In this document: positions 30,140 to 39,538 of the stretch, piece by piece
How positions within the stretch are numbered: the first letter of the stretch is position 1
Layout: each line of letters opens with the position of its first letter
Assembly: GCA_963701295.1 (NCBI GenBank)
Contig: OY969585.1
Coordinates: 1,024,001-1,088,000, forward strand
Length of the DNA stretch: 64,000 bases
Reading direction: 5' to 3'
Source: Ignavibacteriota bacterium
Lineage (GTDB): Bacteria > Bacteroidota > Ignavibacteria > UBA10030
Translations under genes and position numbers: made by a program
The notes under the pieces: model-generated
Databases searched by the model: none
The model's input: only the letters and a program-made list of their open reading frames with translations
What the model was told of the DNA's origin: nothing

Positions 30140-30933
30140 TACTGACGGCTGTCTTCAGCGTTACAATTGTAGTGCTGGGATTGTTCTCTTTTTTTGTTCT
30201 CATGATGATTCGTAATCATCGCAAGGTTGAAGCAGCACAGCGTGAACGAATTCGCCAAATGCAGCTCTTTTCAGAAAAACTCCAATCGGCACGGGAAGAA
30301 GAACAAAAACGGATTGCCCGTGAATTGCATGACGAACTTGGTGGAACTCTTACAAGCATAAAATATGATCTTCTTTGGCTGGAGCAGCATACTTCTGCAA
30401 AGGGTGAAGTAGCGCAGCGTTTCCAAGCGATGCGGGATTTGATGGACTCGACGACGAAGGTCGTGCAACGCATCTCTGCCGAACTTCGCCCAAAAATTTT
30501 AGACAGTTTTGGTTTAGCAGTAGCTGTTGAATGGCAAACCAATGAATTTAAAAAACGAACCGGTATTGATGCACGATTTCAAAAGCTATCAGAACTTCCT
30601 CCTATTGACGAAGCTGTAACGACGGGAGTCTATCGGATCGTCCAGGAATCGTTGACGAATATTGTACGCCATGCACAAGCCACATCTGTCGAAGTAAATG
30701 TGCAGCTTCGTAATGGCCTGTTGCATGTCGAAATCATTGATAATGGAAAAGGCTTTGATAATGCATTGCTGGATCATCCGGAGTCTTTAGGTCTTTTAAG
30801 CATTCGAGAACGCACCAGAATGATAGGAGGAAATGTAGTGATTAACGGAAGTCCGGGGAAGGGAACGAAAGTCGTCTTGGAGACACCGTTCCAGAATAAT
30901 CATCCGTCACTGATGAAGGATGGTTTGTCATGA
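30118..30933 (+). CDS. Sensor histidine kinase (HisKA_3), single TM, no sensor domain
   Basis: RIARELHDELGG, QESLTNIVRHA, DNGKGF, LGLLSIRER, GKGT. Confidence 0.93.
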   Translation: MSSDSTVILTAVFSVTIVVLGLFSFFVLMMIRNHRKVEAAQRERIRQMQLFSEKLQSAREEEQKRIARELHDELGGTLTSIKYDLLWLEQHTSAKGEVAQRFQAMRDLMDSTTKVVQRISAELRPKILDSFGLAVAVEWQTNEFKKRTGIDARFQKLSELPPIDEAVTTGVYRIVQESLTNIVRHAQATSVEVNVQLRNGLLHVEIIDNGKGFDNALLDHPESLGLLSIRERTRMIGGNVVINGSPGKGTKVVLETPFQNNHPSLMKDGLS

Positions 30934-31559
30934 GAGTACTTGTGGTCGATGATCACGAATTCACGCGTGAAGGAGTTATCCGGATACTCACGGACAATTT
31001 TTCCATTACAAAAATTGTCCGGGCTGGAACATATGAAGCTGCTATGGAGCAAATAGAAAACGGAAAATTTGATCTCTTGATCCTCAATGTTAACCTTCCA
31101 GGGAAAAGCGGGTTAGAAGTGCTCACCTCGGTCAGGGCTTCTCAACCGAGTCTTCCGATCCTCGTTCTGAGTATGGTTCCTGTTTCGCAATATGCACGCC
31201 GGGTGTTGCAGGCAGGAGCGACAGGATATATGACGAAGTCCGAACCGGCTGAGGAATTTTTGAAAGCTGTCCGTGCGGTTTCGCAAGGTCTGAGATATTT
31301 CAGTCCTGAAGTACAGCAAGAAATTCCCGACCTCGTTGATGAATCGATCAATCGGCCAAAACACGATAAGTTATCAGACCGTGAGTTTGAAATCCTGCAA
31401 AGGATAGCAGATGGAAAAAGTTCAAAAGAAATCGCTGGAGAATTTAAAATTACGGTGAATACAGTGAATTCTTACCGCAAGAGGGTTATGACGAAACTTC
31501 ATGCAAAGTCCAATGCCGATGTTATCAAATATGCGTATAAAAACAAACTCTTAAAATAG
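30930..31559 (+). CDS. NarL/LuxR-family response regulator
   Basis: VVDDH, GATGYMTK, LSDREFEIL..GKSSKEIA..TVNSYRKRVMTKL. Confidence 0.93.
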   Translation: MRVLVVDDHEFTREGVIRILTDNFSITKIVRAGTYEAAMEQIENGKFDLLILNVNLPGKSGLEVLTSVRASQPSLPILVLSMVPVSQYARRVLQAGATGYMTKSEPAEEFLKAVRAVSQGLRYFSPEVQQEIPDLVDESINRPKHDKLSDREFEILQRIADGKSSKEIAGEFKITVNTVNSYRKRVMTKLHAKSNADVIKYAYKNKLLK

Positions 31560-31777
31560 ACAGGTACATTTCCATTCTCCTTGCTCTCTTCTGGCCCCAT
31601 AATTTTCCAATGATTTCTCAATTTATTTCTTCTCACAATGAAAAAGCGGTCAAAGTTCGTGGTAGTGAAGCAACGGTTCATGTTCGGACTGCCTTCTGAT
31701 TTTTTTAAGTTAATGCGCTATTGCCTATTGGATTAAACATTTTGTTCAGTTCATGATTTTTCCTACATTTCTATAAA

Positions 31778-32344
31778 ATGATTTCTAATCGAATACTCTC
31801 ATATAATCGTCTATTGTTTCTTGTCGCGATTTTATTTCTTGCCTTCTGGCAGTCAGCGGTATCTCAGGAACAAAAGCATCAGGATGGAATTTCCAGTACA
31901 TGGCTTATACTGCAGGCGCTTCCGAGTTATTCCTGGACAAATTTTCTACGACAGACAAATTTTGCTTTTGAATGGGAAGCTGCGCCGGTTTTGTATTCAT
32001 TTGGGATGAATAAGCAGGATCCACCCTGGCATTTTTTCCAAGTGACACAACCGGAGAGATTTGCCGGCTCAATTGAAATGATTGCATCTACACAACTGTA
32101 TACGAGCAAGGTTGGAACAAGCCATTGGGGTTTCTCCGGACAAATCTTAGCACATCTGCCGCTCATTGAGTATGGCGAATATCTCGGTCTGAACTTCGGC
32201 GTTGCCCGCTATACCATTGCAGGGATGTCATCAAACTATATTATCGGAGGGTTTTCAACTTTTTTTGGTTTTCTTCATTACAATATCAAATTTAGTCCGT
32301 CTGACAAAATCTGGATGAATTCAATCGAACTTCGATTTTTCTAG
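31778..32344 (+). CDS. Hypothetical exported protein (C-terminal Phe, OMP-like)
   Basis: Signal peptide; ends IELRFF. Confidence 0.65.
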   Translation: MISNRILSYNRLLFLVAILFLAFWQSAVSQEQKHQDGISSTWLILQALPSYSWTNFLRQTNFAFEWEAAPVLYSFGMNKQDPPWHFFQVTQPERFAGSIEMIASTQLYTSKVGTSHWGFSGQILAHLPLIEYGEYLGLNFGVARYTIAGMSSNYIIGGFSTFFGFLHYNIKFSPSDKIWMNSIELRFF

Positions 32345-32352
32345 CCTTCGGT

Positions 32353-33309
32353 ATGAATTGCAAAAAACGTCTCCTGCGATTTGCTTGTTTTTCACTTTTT
32401 ACTCTTCACTGTTCACTCATCGCCACAGGCTGTAATTCCTTCCTGACTCGTTTCATTGCAAAATCGTTCGAACAATTACCTGTTTCACCTGACACCGTAG
32501 AAGCAAAGATTGAACATCCTGTTTTTCCGCAAGTTGGACTTTCAGTTCTATGGGTTGGTCATGCAACATGCTTGATTCAAATTGGCGACAAAGTGTTCCT
32601 CACAGACCCGATATTTACCAACACAGCGGGTATGATTTCCAAACGCCGGATAGAACCGGGCATTCTGCCATCATCGATTGATCGATTAGATTACATCCTC
32701 ATCTCGCATATACATTTCGATCATTTGAGCTATAGTAGTCTGTCGTTGCTGCCCAAAACTGCAATAATGCTTCTTCCACCGGGTGGCGTAGAATATACTC
32801 CAGAGTTCGGTTTTTCAGAATACCGGGAAATGAATCCATGGACGACATTTGAAGCGGATGGTGTACGAATTACCGCCGTTCCTGTGAAACATTTTGATGG
32901 ACGATACGGATTTGATGTCGCTTGGCTGGATCATCATACGTACACGGGTTATGTGATTGAGTACCAAGGAAAAACTGTATTCTTTGCCGGCGACACCGGC
33001 TATGATCCGGAGATGTTTAAAGAAATAGGGAGGAAGTTCGCCATCGATATAGCGCTCATTCCCATCGCGCCAATTGAGCCGCACGATTTCATGATGCGAG
33101 TGCATACAGATCCAAAGGAAGCATTGCAGATTTTTGAAGACGTTGGAGCCAAGTTCATGATTCCTATCCACCATCGCACGTTTATGCAAGGGCTGGATTC
33201 TTCATTGACGCTCGCACAGGATCAATTGAAACTACTTGTTTCTGAAAGACATATCGAAAACCGCGTGATGATATTTAGGATCGGTGAGCAGCGAATTTTT
33301 GTGCCGTAG
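32353..33309 (+). CDS. MBL-fold metallohydrolase (RomA/NAPE-PLD-like), probable lipoprotein
   Basis: WVGHAT, TDP, SHIHFDHL, FAGDTGY, IPIHH; lipobox-like ATGC. Confidence 0.9.
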   Translation: MNCKKRLLRFACFSLFTLHCSLIATGCNSFLTRFIAKSFEQLPVSPDTVEAKIEHPVFPQVGLSVLWVGHATCLIQIGDKVFLTDPIFTNTAGMISKRRIEPGILPSSIDRLDYILISHIHFDHLSYSSLSLLPKTAIMLLPPGGVEYTPEFGFSEYREMNPWTTFEADGVRITAVPVKHFDGRYGFDVAWLDHHTYTGYVIEYQGKTVFFAGDTGYDPEMFKEIGRKFAIDIALIPIAPIEPHDFMMRVHTDPKEALQIFEDVGAKFMIPIHHRTFMQGLDSSLTLAQDQLKLLVSERHIENRVMIFRIGEQRIFVP

Positions 33310-33436
33310 ATTTGTTTGTTCAAAACTGAAAAAGCAGTAATGCTGCGCTCTCTTCATAAATAAATTAGGACTGCAAAATAATATGATCCTCGTTTTTGTA
33401 GACGAGACAATCACCAGACCGCCAATGACATCACCG

Positions 33437-34573
33437 TTACCGTATTAAAATCATTTTACAGGATTTCACATTTGTTCCTATGGCGATGCGATAGAAATAT
33501 ATGCCCGATGAAAGTGTCTTTGCGTCAAAGGGCACTTGATAATTTCCTGCTTGCTGTTCTGCATTGACCAGAGTAGTCACATATTGACCCAGAATATTAA
33601 ATACTTCAAGTCGCACATTGGATTTTGTTGGCAGTTGATATTTGATCGTCGTCGATGGATTGAACGGGTTAGGATAATTCTGCGATAAAATTATTTCCTT
33701 TGGAAATGAATTGAAATTATCTCTCTCTATGCTGCTCGTATTTGTCTTGGATTGCGAAAACACCCATGGTAAAAGGAAAATACTATTATATGCTGTATCC
33801 CAGATTGCGTGACTGCCATACTCGTATTCTGTATAAATAAGTCTTGCACCATTTTTGAGTGTATCGGCAATCACGCTATCGGGGAGCCCTGTACAATCCC
33901 CATTGCGGCAATTTGTATAGACAACTGTGGCACCTGCGTTTTCAAGTGCGGTCATCATGTCTCTTGAGTATTGCACGGGGACAGTACCATCCTTAGCACC
34001 ATGGAAATCCCATATTGGAACATGTTTGATCAATCTCGCCTGAGAGGTATCTCCTCCTCCACTCATTGGAATAGCAGCCGCGAACTTGTTCGGAAAACGA
34101 ACAATCAAATCCCATGTTGCGTATCCACCCATCGAAAGGCCTGTGATATACATGCGGTTTGTATCAACGGAAAATTCAATCAAGAGAGAATCCAATATAT
34201 CGTTGACGGTGAGTATGATATTCGAAGTGGTCCACCACCCATCAGCCGGGCATTGTGGAACAACAATGAAACAAGGCCAGCGTGTTTGGTTAGAATCTCT
34301 TGCCCATACGATAGCCATACTATTTTTCTTCACGGCAGAAGGATCATCGCCCCTTTCACCGGCTCCATGCAAACAGAGCACAAGGGGGTATTGAATTTTA
34401 GGATCGTAGGACACCGGCACGAATATGTAAAAGGGAAGCGTCGTGCTCTGAAAAGTGTGATACTCCTTGGTGAACTTGTTGAAGATACTATCAACGGATT
34501 GAGCATGAATTATTCCAGAAACACAACTGGTTATTATAAGCCATGCGAAAACCAACCTCCTGAAGTTATTCAT
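33437..34573 (-). CDS. Secreted esterase/peptidase (alpha/beta hydrolase) with T9SS-type C-terminal domain
   Basis: LHGAGERG, GLSMGG, FHGAKDGTV; QNYPNPFNPSTTI..SSGIYFYRI. Confidence 0.9.
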   Translation of the reverse strand: MNNFRRLVFAWLIITSCVSGIIHAQSVDSIFNKFTKEYHTFQSTTLPFYIFVPVSYDPKIQYPLVLCLHGAGERGDDPSAVKKNSMAIVWARDSNQTRWPCFIVVPQCPADGWWTTSNIILTVNDILDSLLIEFSVDTNRMYITGLSMGGYATWDLIVRFPNKFAAAIPMSGGGDTSQARLIKHVPIWDFHGAKDGTVPVQYSRDMMTALENAGATVVYTNCRNGDCTGLPDSVIADTLKNGARLIYTEYEYGSHAIWDTAYNSIFLLPWVFSQSKTNTSSIERDNFNSFPKEIILSQNYPNPFNPSTTIKYQLPTKSNVRLEVFNILGQYVTTLVNAEQQAGNYQVPFDAKTLSSGIYFYRIAIGTNVKSCKMILIR

Positions 34574-34851
34574 CTCGTTCCTTTGTAAAAATTGAAAATC
34601 GGCAATTGCAGCTATTGTTTTTATAATATGGACTGTAACGATTTTCGAAACATATCACTTTCAAGGTACAACTTACTTTGAGGAAAAGCACCATTGCTCA
34701 GGAAGGAAAAGAAGTTTGTCCGCTTGTTCCTCCCATCCAAATATTCATCGGTTAAATTCCTCTCTGTTTTCTCAAGCTTTTCGTTGATTCTCCTTCAACT
34801 TCTCATTACATTTCAACGTCATCGTGAGGTGCTTACTCTGGCAAAAGTGGA

Positions 34852-35469
34852 ATGAACATCGCGATCTTCGCCTCCGGGCGCGGCTCTAACTTTCAAGCAA
34901 TTCTCAGCGCAATCGATGCCGGTCTTCTGTCGGCGCGCATCACCGTACTTATCAGCAACAAGTCCGATGCAGGCGCATTAGATATTGCACGCGCTCGTAA
35001 AATTCAAACAAGTCACCTCTCGCAGAAAATGTTTCCGTCGGAGGAAGCGCTTACCGAGGCGATGCTTAATGTGTTATCCCAGCAGAGAGCAGAACTTCTT
35101 GTGCTCGCAGGATATTTGAAGAAAATTCCATTGCAGGTGGTACGACGATACCGTAACCGCATTGTGAATATTCATCCTGCGTTGCTGCCGTTGTTTGGCG
35201 GATCGGGAATGTACGGTCACTTTGTACACGAAGCAGTCATTGCGAGTGGTATGAAAGTTTCCGGCGCTACGGTTCATCTTGTAGACGAAGAATATGATCG
35301 CGGTCCGATTGTGATGCAAAAAACTGTCGAAATCATTCAAGAGGACACTCCAGATTTGCTCACTGCAAAAGTGTTAAAAATTGAACATGAAATTTATCCT
35401 TTAGCAATAAAAGCGTTTGCTGAAGGGAAAATAAAAATTGAAGGAAGAAAAGCTTGGATAACGTTATAA
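34852..35469 (+). CDS. purN: Phosphoribosylglycinamide formyltransferase
   Basis: [36 protein letters not shown]. Confidence 0.97.
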   Translation: MNIAIFASGRGSNFQAILSAIDAGLLSARITVLISNKSDAGALDIARARKIQTSHLSQKMFPSEEALTEAMLNVLSQQRAELLVLAGYLKKIPLQVVRRYRNRIVNIHPALLPLFGGSGMYGHFVHEAVIASGMKVSGATVHLVDEEYDRGPIVMQKTVEIIQEDTPDLLTAKVLKIEHEIYPLAIKAFAEGKIKIEGRKAWITL

Positions 35470-35513
35470 TTTTGGATCCTTTTTCAAAGCCAACTTCATC
35501 AGATTTCGGCCCA

Positions 35514-37052
35514 TTGTTGAAAATTCGGCGTGCGCTGATAAGTGTATCGGATAAAAAGGGAATCGTCGAATTTGCAAAAGCATTGAAAGAATTCGGCGTC
35601 GAAATAATTTCCACCGGTGGAACATTTACTGTATTGAAAAACGCCGGCATCGATGTGAAATCGGTGTCAGATGTGACAGGTTTCCCGGAGATTCTTGATG
35701 GCCGCGTGAAGACTCTGCACCCGATCATTCATGGCGGCATTCTTGCGGTGCTCGACAATCCATCGCATCGTGAGCAACTGCAGAAACATAACATTGAACC
35801 GATCGATCTCGTGGTCGTGAACTTGTATCCGTTCGAACAAACCATCGCTGCTGAGAATGTGAAGCTCGACGAAGCCATTGAACAAATCGATATCGGCGGA
35901 CCGGCGATGGTGCGTTCGTCCTCAAAGAATTTCAAGCACACTGCCGTAGTTGTCAATCCCAATTTGTACGGCGTCGTATTGGAAGAAATGCGTGAGAACG
36001 ACGGTGCGCTCACTGTGCAAACACGTTTCCAGCTTGCATGCCGTGCGTTCCAGCACACCGCTCATTACGATGCAGTCATTGCATCGTATCTTGCTGGGCT
36101 GACGCCGCAGAACATACTGCCCAATTCCATTACCTTGTCGTTGATGAAGGAACAGCCAATGCGATATGGTGAAAATCCCCACCAATCGGCTGCGCTCTAT
36201 GGAAAATTTGGCGAGCATTTTCAGAAACTGCACGGTAAAGAACTTTCCTATAATAATATCTTAGATATCAACGCGGCAGCACTCCTGTGCGCAGAGTTTG
36301 ATGAACCAACTGTTGTCATTGTAAAACATAATAACCCTTGCGGTGTTGCCTCCGATGCAGTTCTCGTTGAAGCTTACAAGAAAGCATTGGCGACCGATAC
36401 CAAGTCGGCATTTGGCGGTATTGTCTGTGTAAATCGTCCGCTCGATCGTACAACCGCAGAGGCTATCAATGAAATTTTCACCGAAGTTGTTATTGCTCCG
36501 GACTATGAACGAGGAGTTTTGGAACTTCTGACGAAAAAGAAAGATCGCCGGTTGATGAAGCAAACATCCAATCTTCGCAAAATGCGGGAGTTGGATATCC
36601 GTACGGTCGTTGGCGGTGCGTTGGTTCAAGAACCGGATCAGCACCGTATTCATCCAACCGATTTGAAGGTTGTTACTAAACGTCAACCGACGGACGAAGA
36701 AATGCGGGCGCTGTTGTTTGCGTGGCGCGTTGCAAAGCACGTGAAATCGAACGCTATCGTATACACATTAGGTGATCGAACACTCGGTATCGGTGCAGGA
36801 CAAATGTCGCGTGTCGATTCATCCAAGATCGCCGCGATGAAAGCTACAGACGCTGGATTTGATTTACACGGCTGTGCAGTCTCATCCGATGCATTCTTCC
36901 CGTTTGCAGATGGATTGTTGGAAGCGGTAAAAGTAGGCGCAACTGCAGTTATTCAGCCTGGGGGTTCTGTGCGCGATGAAGAAGTTATCAAAGCAGCAGA
37001 CGAATATGGTGTGGCGATGGTTTTCACCGGCATTCGACATTTTAGACATTAA
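35514..37052 (+). CDS. purH: AICAR transformylase/IMP cyclohydrolase (start codon uncertain)
   Basis: [45 protein letters not shown]. Confidence 0.97.
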   Translation: MLKIRRALISVSDKKGIVEFAKALKEFGVEIISTGGTFTVLKNAGIDVKSVSDVTGFPEILDGRVKTLHPIIHGGILAVLDNPSHREQLQKHNIEPIDLVVVNLYPFEQTIAAENVKLDEAIEQIDIGGPAMVRSSSKNFKHTAVVVNPNLYGVVLEEMRENDGALTVQTRFQLACRAFQHTAHYDAVIASYLAGLTPQNILPNSITLSLMKEQPMRYGENPHQSAALYGKFGEHFQKLHGKELSYNNILDINAAALLCAEFDEPTVVIVKHNNPCGVASDAVLVEAYKKALATDTKSAFGGIVCVNRPLDRTTAEAINEIFTEVVIAPDYERGVLELLTKKKDRRLMKQTSNLRKMRELDIRTVVGGALVQEPDQHRIHPTDLKVVTKRQPTDEEMRALLFAWRVAKHVKSNAIVYTLGDRTLGIGAGQMSRVDSSKIAAMKATDAGFDLHGCAVSSDAFFPFADGLLEAVKVGATAVIQPGGSVRDEEVIKAADEYGVAMVFTGIRHFRH

Positions 37053-37093
37053 ATGATACTTTTGTTCACTTTCTAATTAGTCATTGGATACTC

Positions 37094-38140
37094 ATGGGAC
37101 TCTTTTCATTATTTTCTGCTGACCTTGCCATTGATCTTGGCACTGCAAACACTGTCATTTGGATGAAGGGCAAAGGCATCATCCTGAATGAACCTTCCAT
37201 CGTCGCGTTCGATCGAAACACGAAGCGTATTATTGCTATTGGCAATGAGGCGCGTGAGATGCTCGGCCGTACGCATAAAGATATCCGCACAATCCGTCCA
37301 ATGAAAGACGGTGTGATAGCGGATTTTGAAATCGCTGAAGGTATGTTACGTGAGTTTATCAAGAAAATCAGCGCGGGCTGGGTGCCGAGCAGGCGCATCA
37401 TCGTGTCAGTACCATCTGGCATTACGGAAGTGGAAAAGCGCGCTGTGCGCGATTCTGCCGAGCATGCCGGAGCGAAAGAAGTACATTTACTTGCCGAACC
37501 CATGGCAGCCGCCATCGGTGTCGGTTTAGATGTCGATGCACCGGTTGGTAATATGGTCGTCGATATTGGCGGCGGCACGACGGAAATTGCTGTCATCGCA
37601 TTGTCCGGTATTGTCAATGAAGAATCGCGGCGCGTTGCTGGCGATGAGATGAACGAGTCGATCATCCAATTCTTCAAACGGAACCACAACATTTTGATTG
37701 GTGAGCGAACCGCCGAGGCTATTAAGTGCGAAGTCGGATCAGCAATGCCTCTCAAAGAAGAAATCACCATTCAAGTAAAGGGCCGCGATCTTGTCAATGG
37801 CATACCGAAAACAACAGAAGTAAGTTCCGTTGAAATACGTGAAGCACTCAACGAACCGATTGCACAAATTGTAGAGGGTGTGAAGATCACACTGGAACGC
37901 ACTCCGCCAGAACTCTCCGCCGATATTCTCGACCGTGGTATTATGCTTACCGGCGGTGGTGCCTTACTAAAAGGTCTTGACGAACGACTTCGTCTTGAGA
38001 CCAATCTTCCCGTCCACGTTGCCGAAGAACCATTGCTGGCTGTTGTGCGCGGCACCGGCAAGGTAATGGAGAATATGGAAAAGTACTCCAAAGTTCTGCT
38101 CAAGGGAAAGCGGTACCAGAAATTTCGAAAATCGAATTGA
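37094..38140 (+). CDS. mreB: Rod shape-determining protein
   Basis: DLAIDLGTANT, EPMAAAIG, DIGGGTTE, TGGGALL. Confidence 0.97.
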   Translation: MGLFSLFSADLAIDLGTANTVIWMKGKGIILNEPSIVAFDRNTKRIIAIGNEAREMLGRTHKDIRTIRPMKDGVIADFEIAEGMLREFIKKISAGWVPSRRIIVSVPSGITEVEKRAVRDSAEHAGAKEVHLLAEPMAAAIGVGLDVDAPVGNMVVDIGGGTTEIAVIALSGIVNEESRRVAGDEMNESIIQFFKRNHNILIGERTAEAIKCEVGSAMPLKEEITIQVKGRDLVNGIPKTTEVSSVEIREALNEPIAQIVEGVKITLERTPPELSADILDRGIMLTGGGALLKGLDERLRLETNLPVHVAEEPLLAVVRGTGKVMENMEKYSKVLLKGKRYQKFRKSN

Positions 38141-38155
38141 CAATTGCGAATTAAT
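38121..38155 (+). repeat. 7-bp tandem tract upstream of 4HB gene 3
   Basis: aatttcg aaaatcg aattgac aattgcg aattaat; contains the mreB stop. Confidence 0.78.
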
Positions 38156-38166
38156 GCAATATAACG

Positions 38167-38517
38167 ATGCATTCAGATGATTTAAAACAACGAACAAAGC
38201 AATTTGCAATTAACATTTTTCGATTGATTGAATCATTACCATCCAGCCATTCTATTGATATCATCGGAAAACAACTAATGCGGGCTGCATCATCGGTTGA
38301 TGCAAATTATCGAGCTGCTTGTCGAGCGCGATCAAAAGCCGATTTTATTTCAAAGATAATGGTTGTTGAAGAAGAAGCGGACGAGTGTCAGTATTGGCTC
38401 GAGTTATTCCATGAATTGGGAAATCACAAACCAACATCCATTGAATTGCTCCTTAAAGAAGCAAAAGAGTTAACTGCTATTTTTTCTGCTTCCGGTAAAA
38501 CATCTAAAAAAAGGTGA
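38167..38517 (+). CDS. Four-helix-bundle protein (different subfamily from genes 1 and 2)
   Basis: LKQRTKQFA..KQLMRAASSV.ANYRAACRARSKADFISK..EEEADECQYWLE. Confidence 0.93.
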   Translation: MHSDDLKQRTKQFAINIFRLIESLPSSHSIDIIGKQLMRAASSVDANYRAACRARSKADFISKIMVVEEEADECQYWLELFHELGNHKPTSIELLLKEAKELTAIFSASGKTSKKR

Positions 38518-38527
38518 TAAAAATTTT

Positions 38528-38562
38528 ATTTCGCAATTGGCAATCCGAAATCCGCCATTAGA
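38528..38562 (+). repeat. 7-bp tandem tract downstream of 4HB gene 3
   Basis: atttcgc aattggc aatccga aatccgc cattaga; 38530-38548 is a 17/19 inverted match to 38132-38150. Confidence 0.82.
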
Positions 38563-38564
38563 AA

Positions 38565-39404
38565 ATGTTTCAACGTTTCTACAATATTCTTTATGAATTC
38601 CGAGAGTATGCCATTCTCACCGGCTTAGTTGTGCTTTCTGTTTTCCTGATGTCATTGAACGACAATCCTCAGATAAAACAGATTCGCACAATTTCAACAG
38701 TGGTGTTCGGAGTAATGCAGGAAAAACTGAGTTTCATCCCTACATACTTCGGACTTAAATCTGAGAACGAACTTCTTCGCCATATCAATATCGAACTCGC
38801 AGATGAAGCACAACGGCTTCGTGAAGCAAAGCTCGAAAATCTTCGGCTTCACCAGCTGTTGGAATTGAAAAATCAATTACCATATACATTGATAGCGGGC
38901 CGTGTCGTCAATAAAAATCTTTCTCTTCTCCGCAACACGATTACACTTGATGTTGGTCTCACAGACGGCATTCAGGAGCGCATGCCGGTAGTGAGCAGTG
39001 GTGGATTGGTCGGTGTTGTCACATCGGTCACGAAGCATTTTTCCACTGTGAATATTCTCATCAACACGGATTTCCGTGTAAGCGCCAAAGTCCAACGCAG
39101 CCGGGTGGATGGAATTATTGCTTGGGATGGGAAAACCTTTGCTCTCAAGAACATACCAAAGATGCGAGATGTCAAAATTGGAGATTTAATAACTACTTCC
39201 GAATATGGTAATACTTTCCCATCGAACATTCGCATCGGAATTGTTAGCGATGTACACGATCAAGAAAGCTCGCTTTTCAAATCCGTTACTATGACACCTA
39301 GTGTGGACTTTGTTAAGCTGGAAGAGGTGTTTGTGATAATTTCCGCACCAGACGCGGAGCGAGTAGAACTCGAGCAGCGTTCCATTCCGCATACCAGTAG
39401 ATGA
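38565..39404 (+). CDS. mreC: Rod shape-determining protein
   Basis: TM plus coiled coil, ENLRLHQLL, ITLDVG..DGI..MPVV..GLVG, FPSNIRIG. Confidence 0.92.
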   Translation: MFQRFYNILYEFREYAILTGLVVLSVFLMSLNDNPQIKQIRTISTVVFGVMQEKLSFIPTYFGLKSENELLRHINIELADEAQRLREAKLENLRLHQLLELKNQLPYTLIAGRVVNKNLSLLRNTITLDVGLTDGIQERMPVVSSGGLVGVVTSVTKHFSTVNILINTDFRVSAKVQRSRVDGIIAWDGKTFALKNIPKMRDVKIGDLITTSEYGNTFPSNIRIGIVSDVHDQESSLFKSVTMTPSVDFVKLEEVFVIISAPDAERVELEQRSIPHTSR

Positions 39405-39538
39405 CTGGACAACCTTAGTAAGGTTTTTATTTGAGTTCAATAATCAAACGACGGACTTGATCGCCTATTTCTTGCATCTTGCTCGTTTTTCCGTTACTTT
39501 ATTTACAAAATAATTCGCAAATACTAGTGAATGCATTG

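Noticed and set aside
34590-34610. aattgaa aatcggc aattgca (and atccgccaattgccaatcc near 22774) as further heptamer scars
   Set aside because: Only 2-3 degenerate units; cannot be separated from background.
37081-37770. Long antisense ORFs over mreB, purH and the S9 peptidase
   Set aside because: Typical codon-bias shadows of conserved genes.
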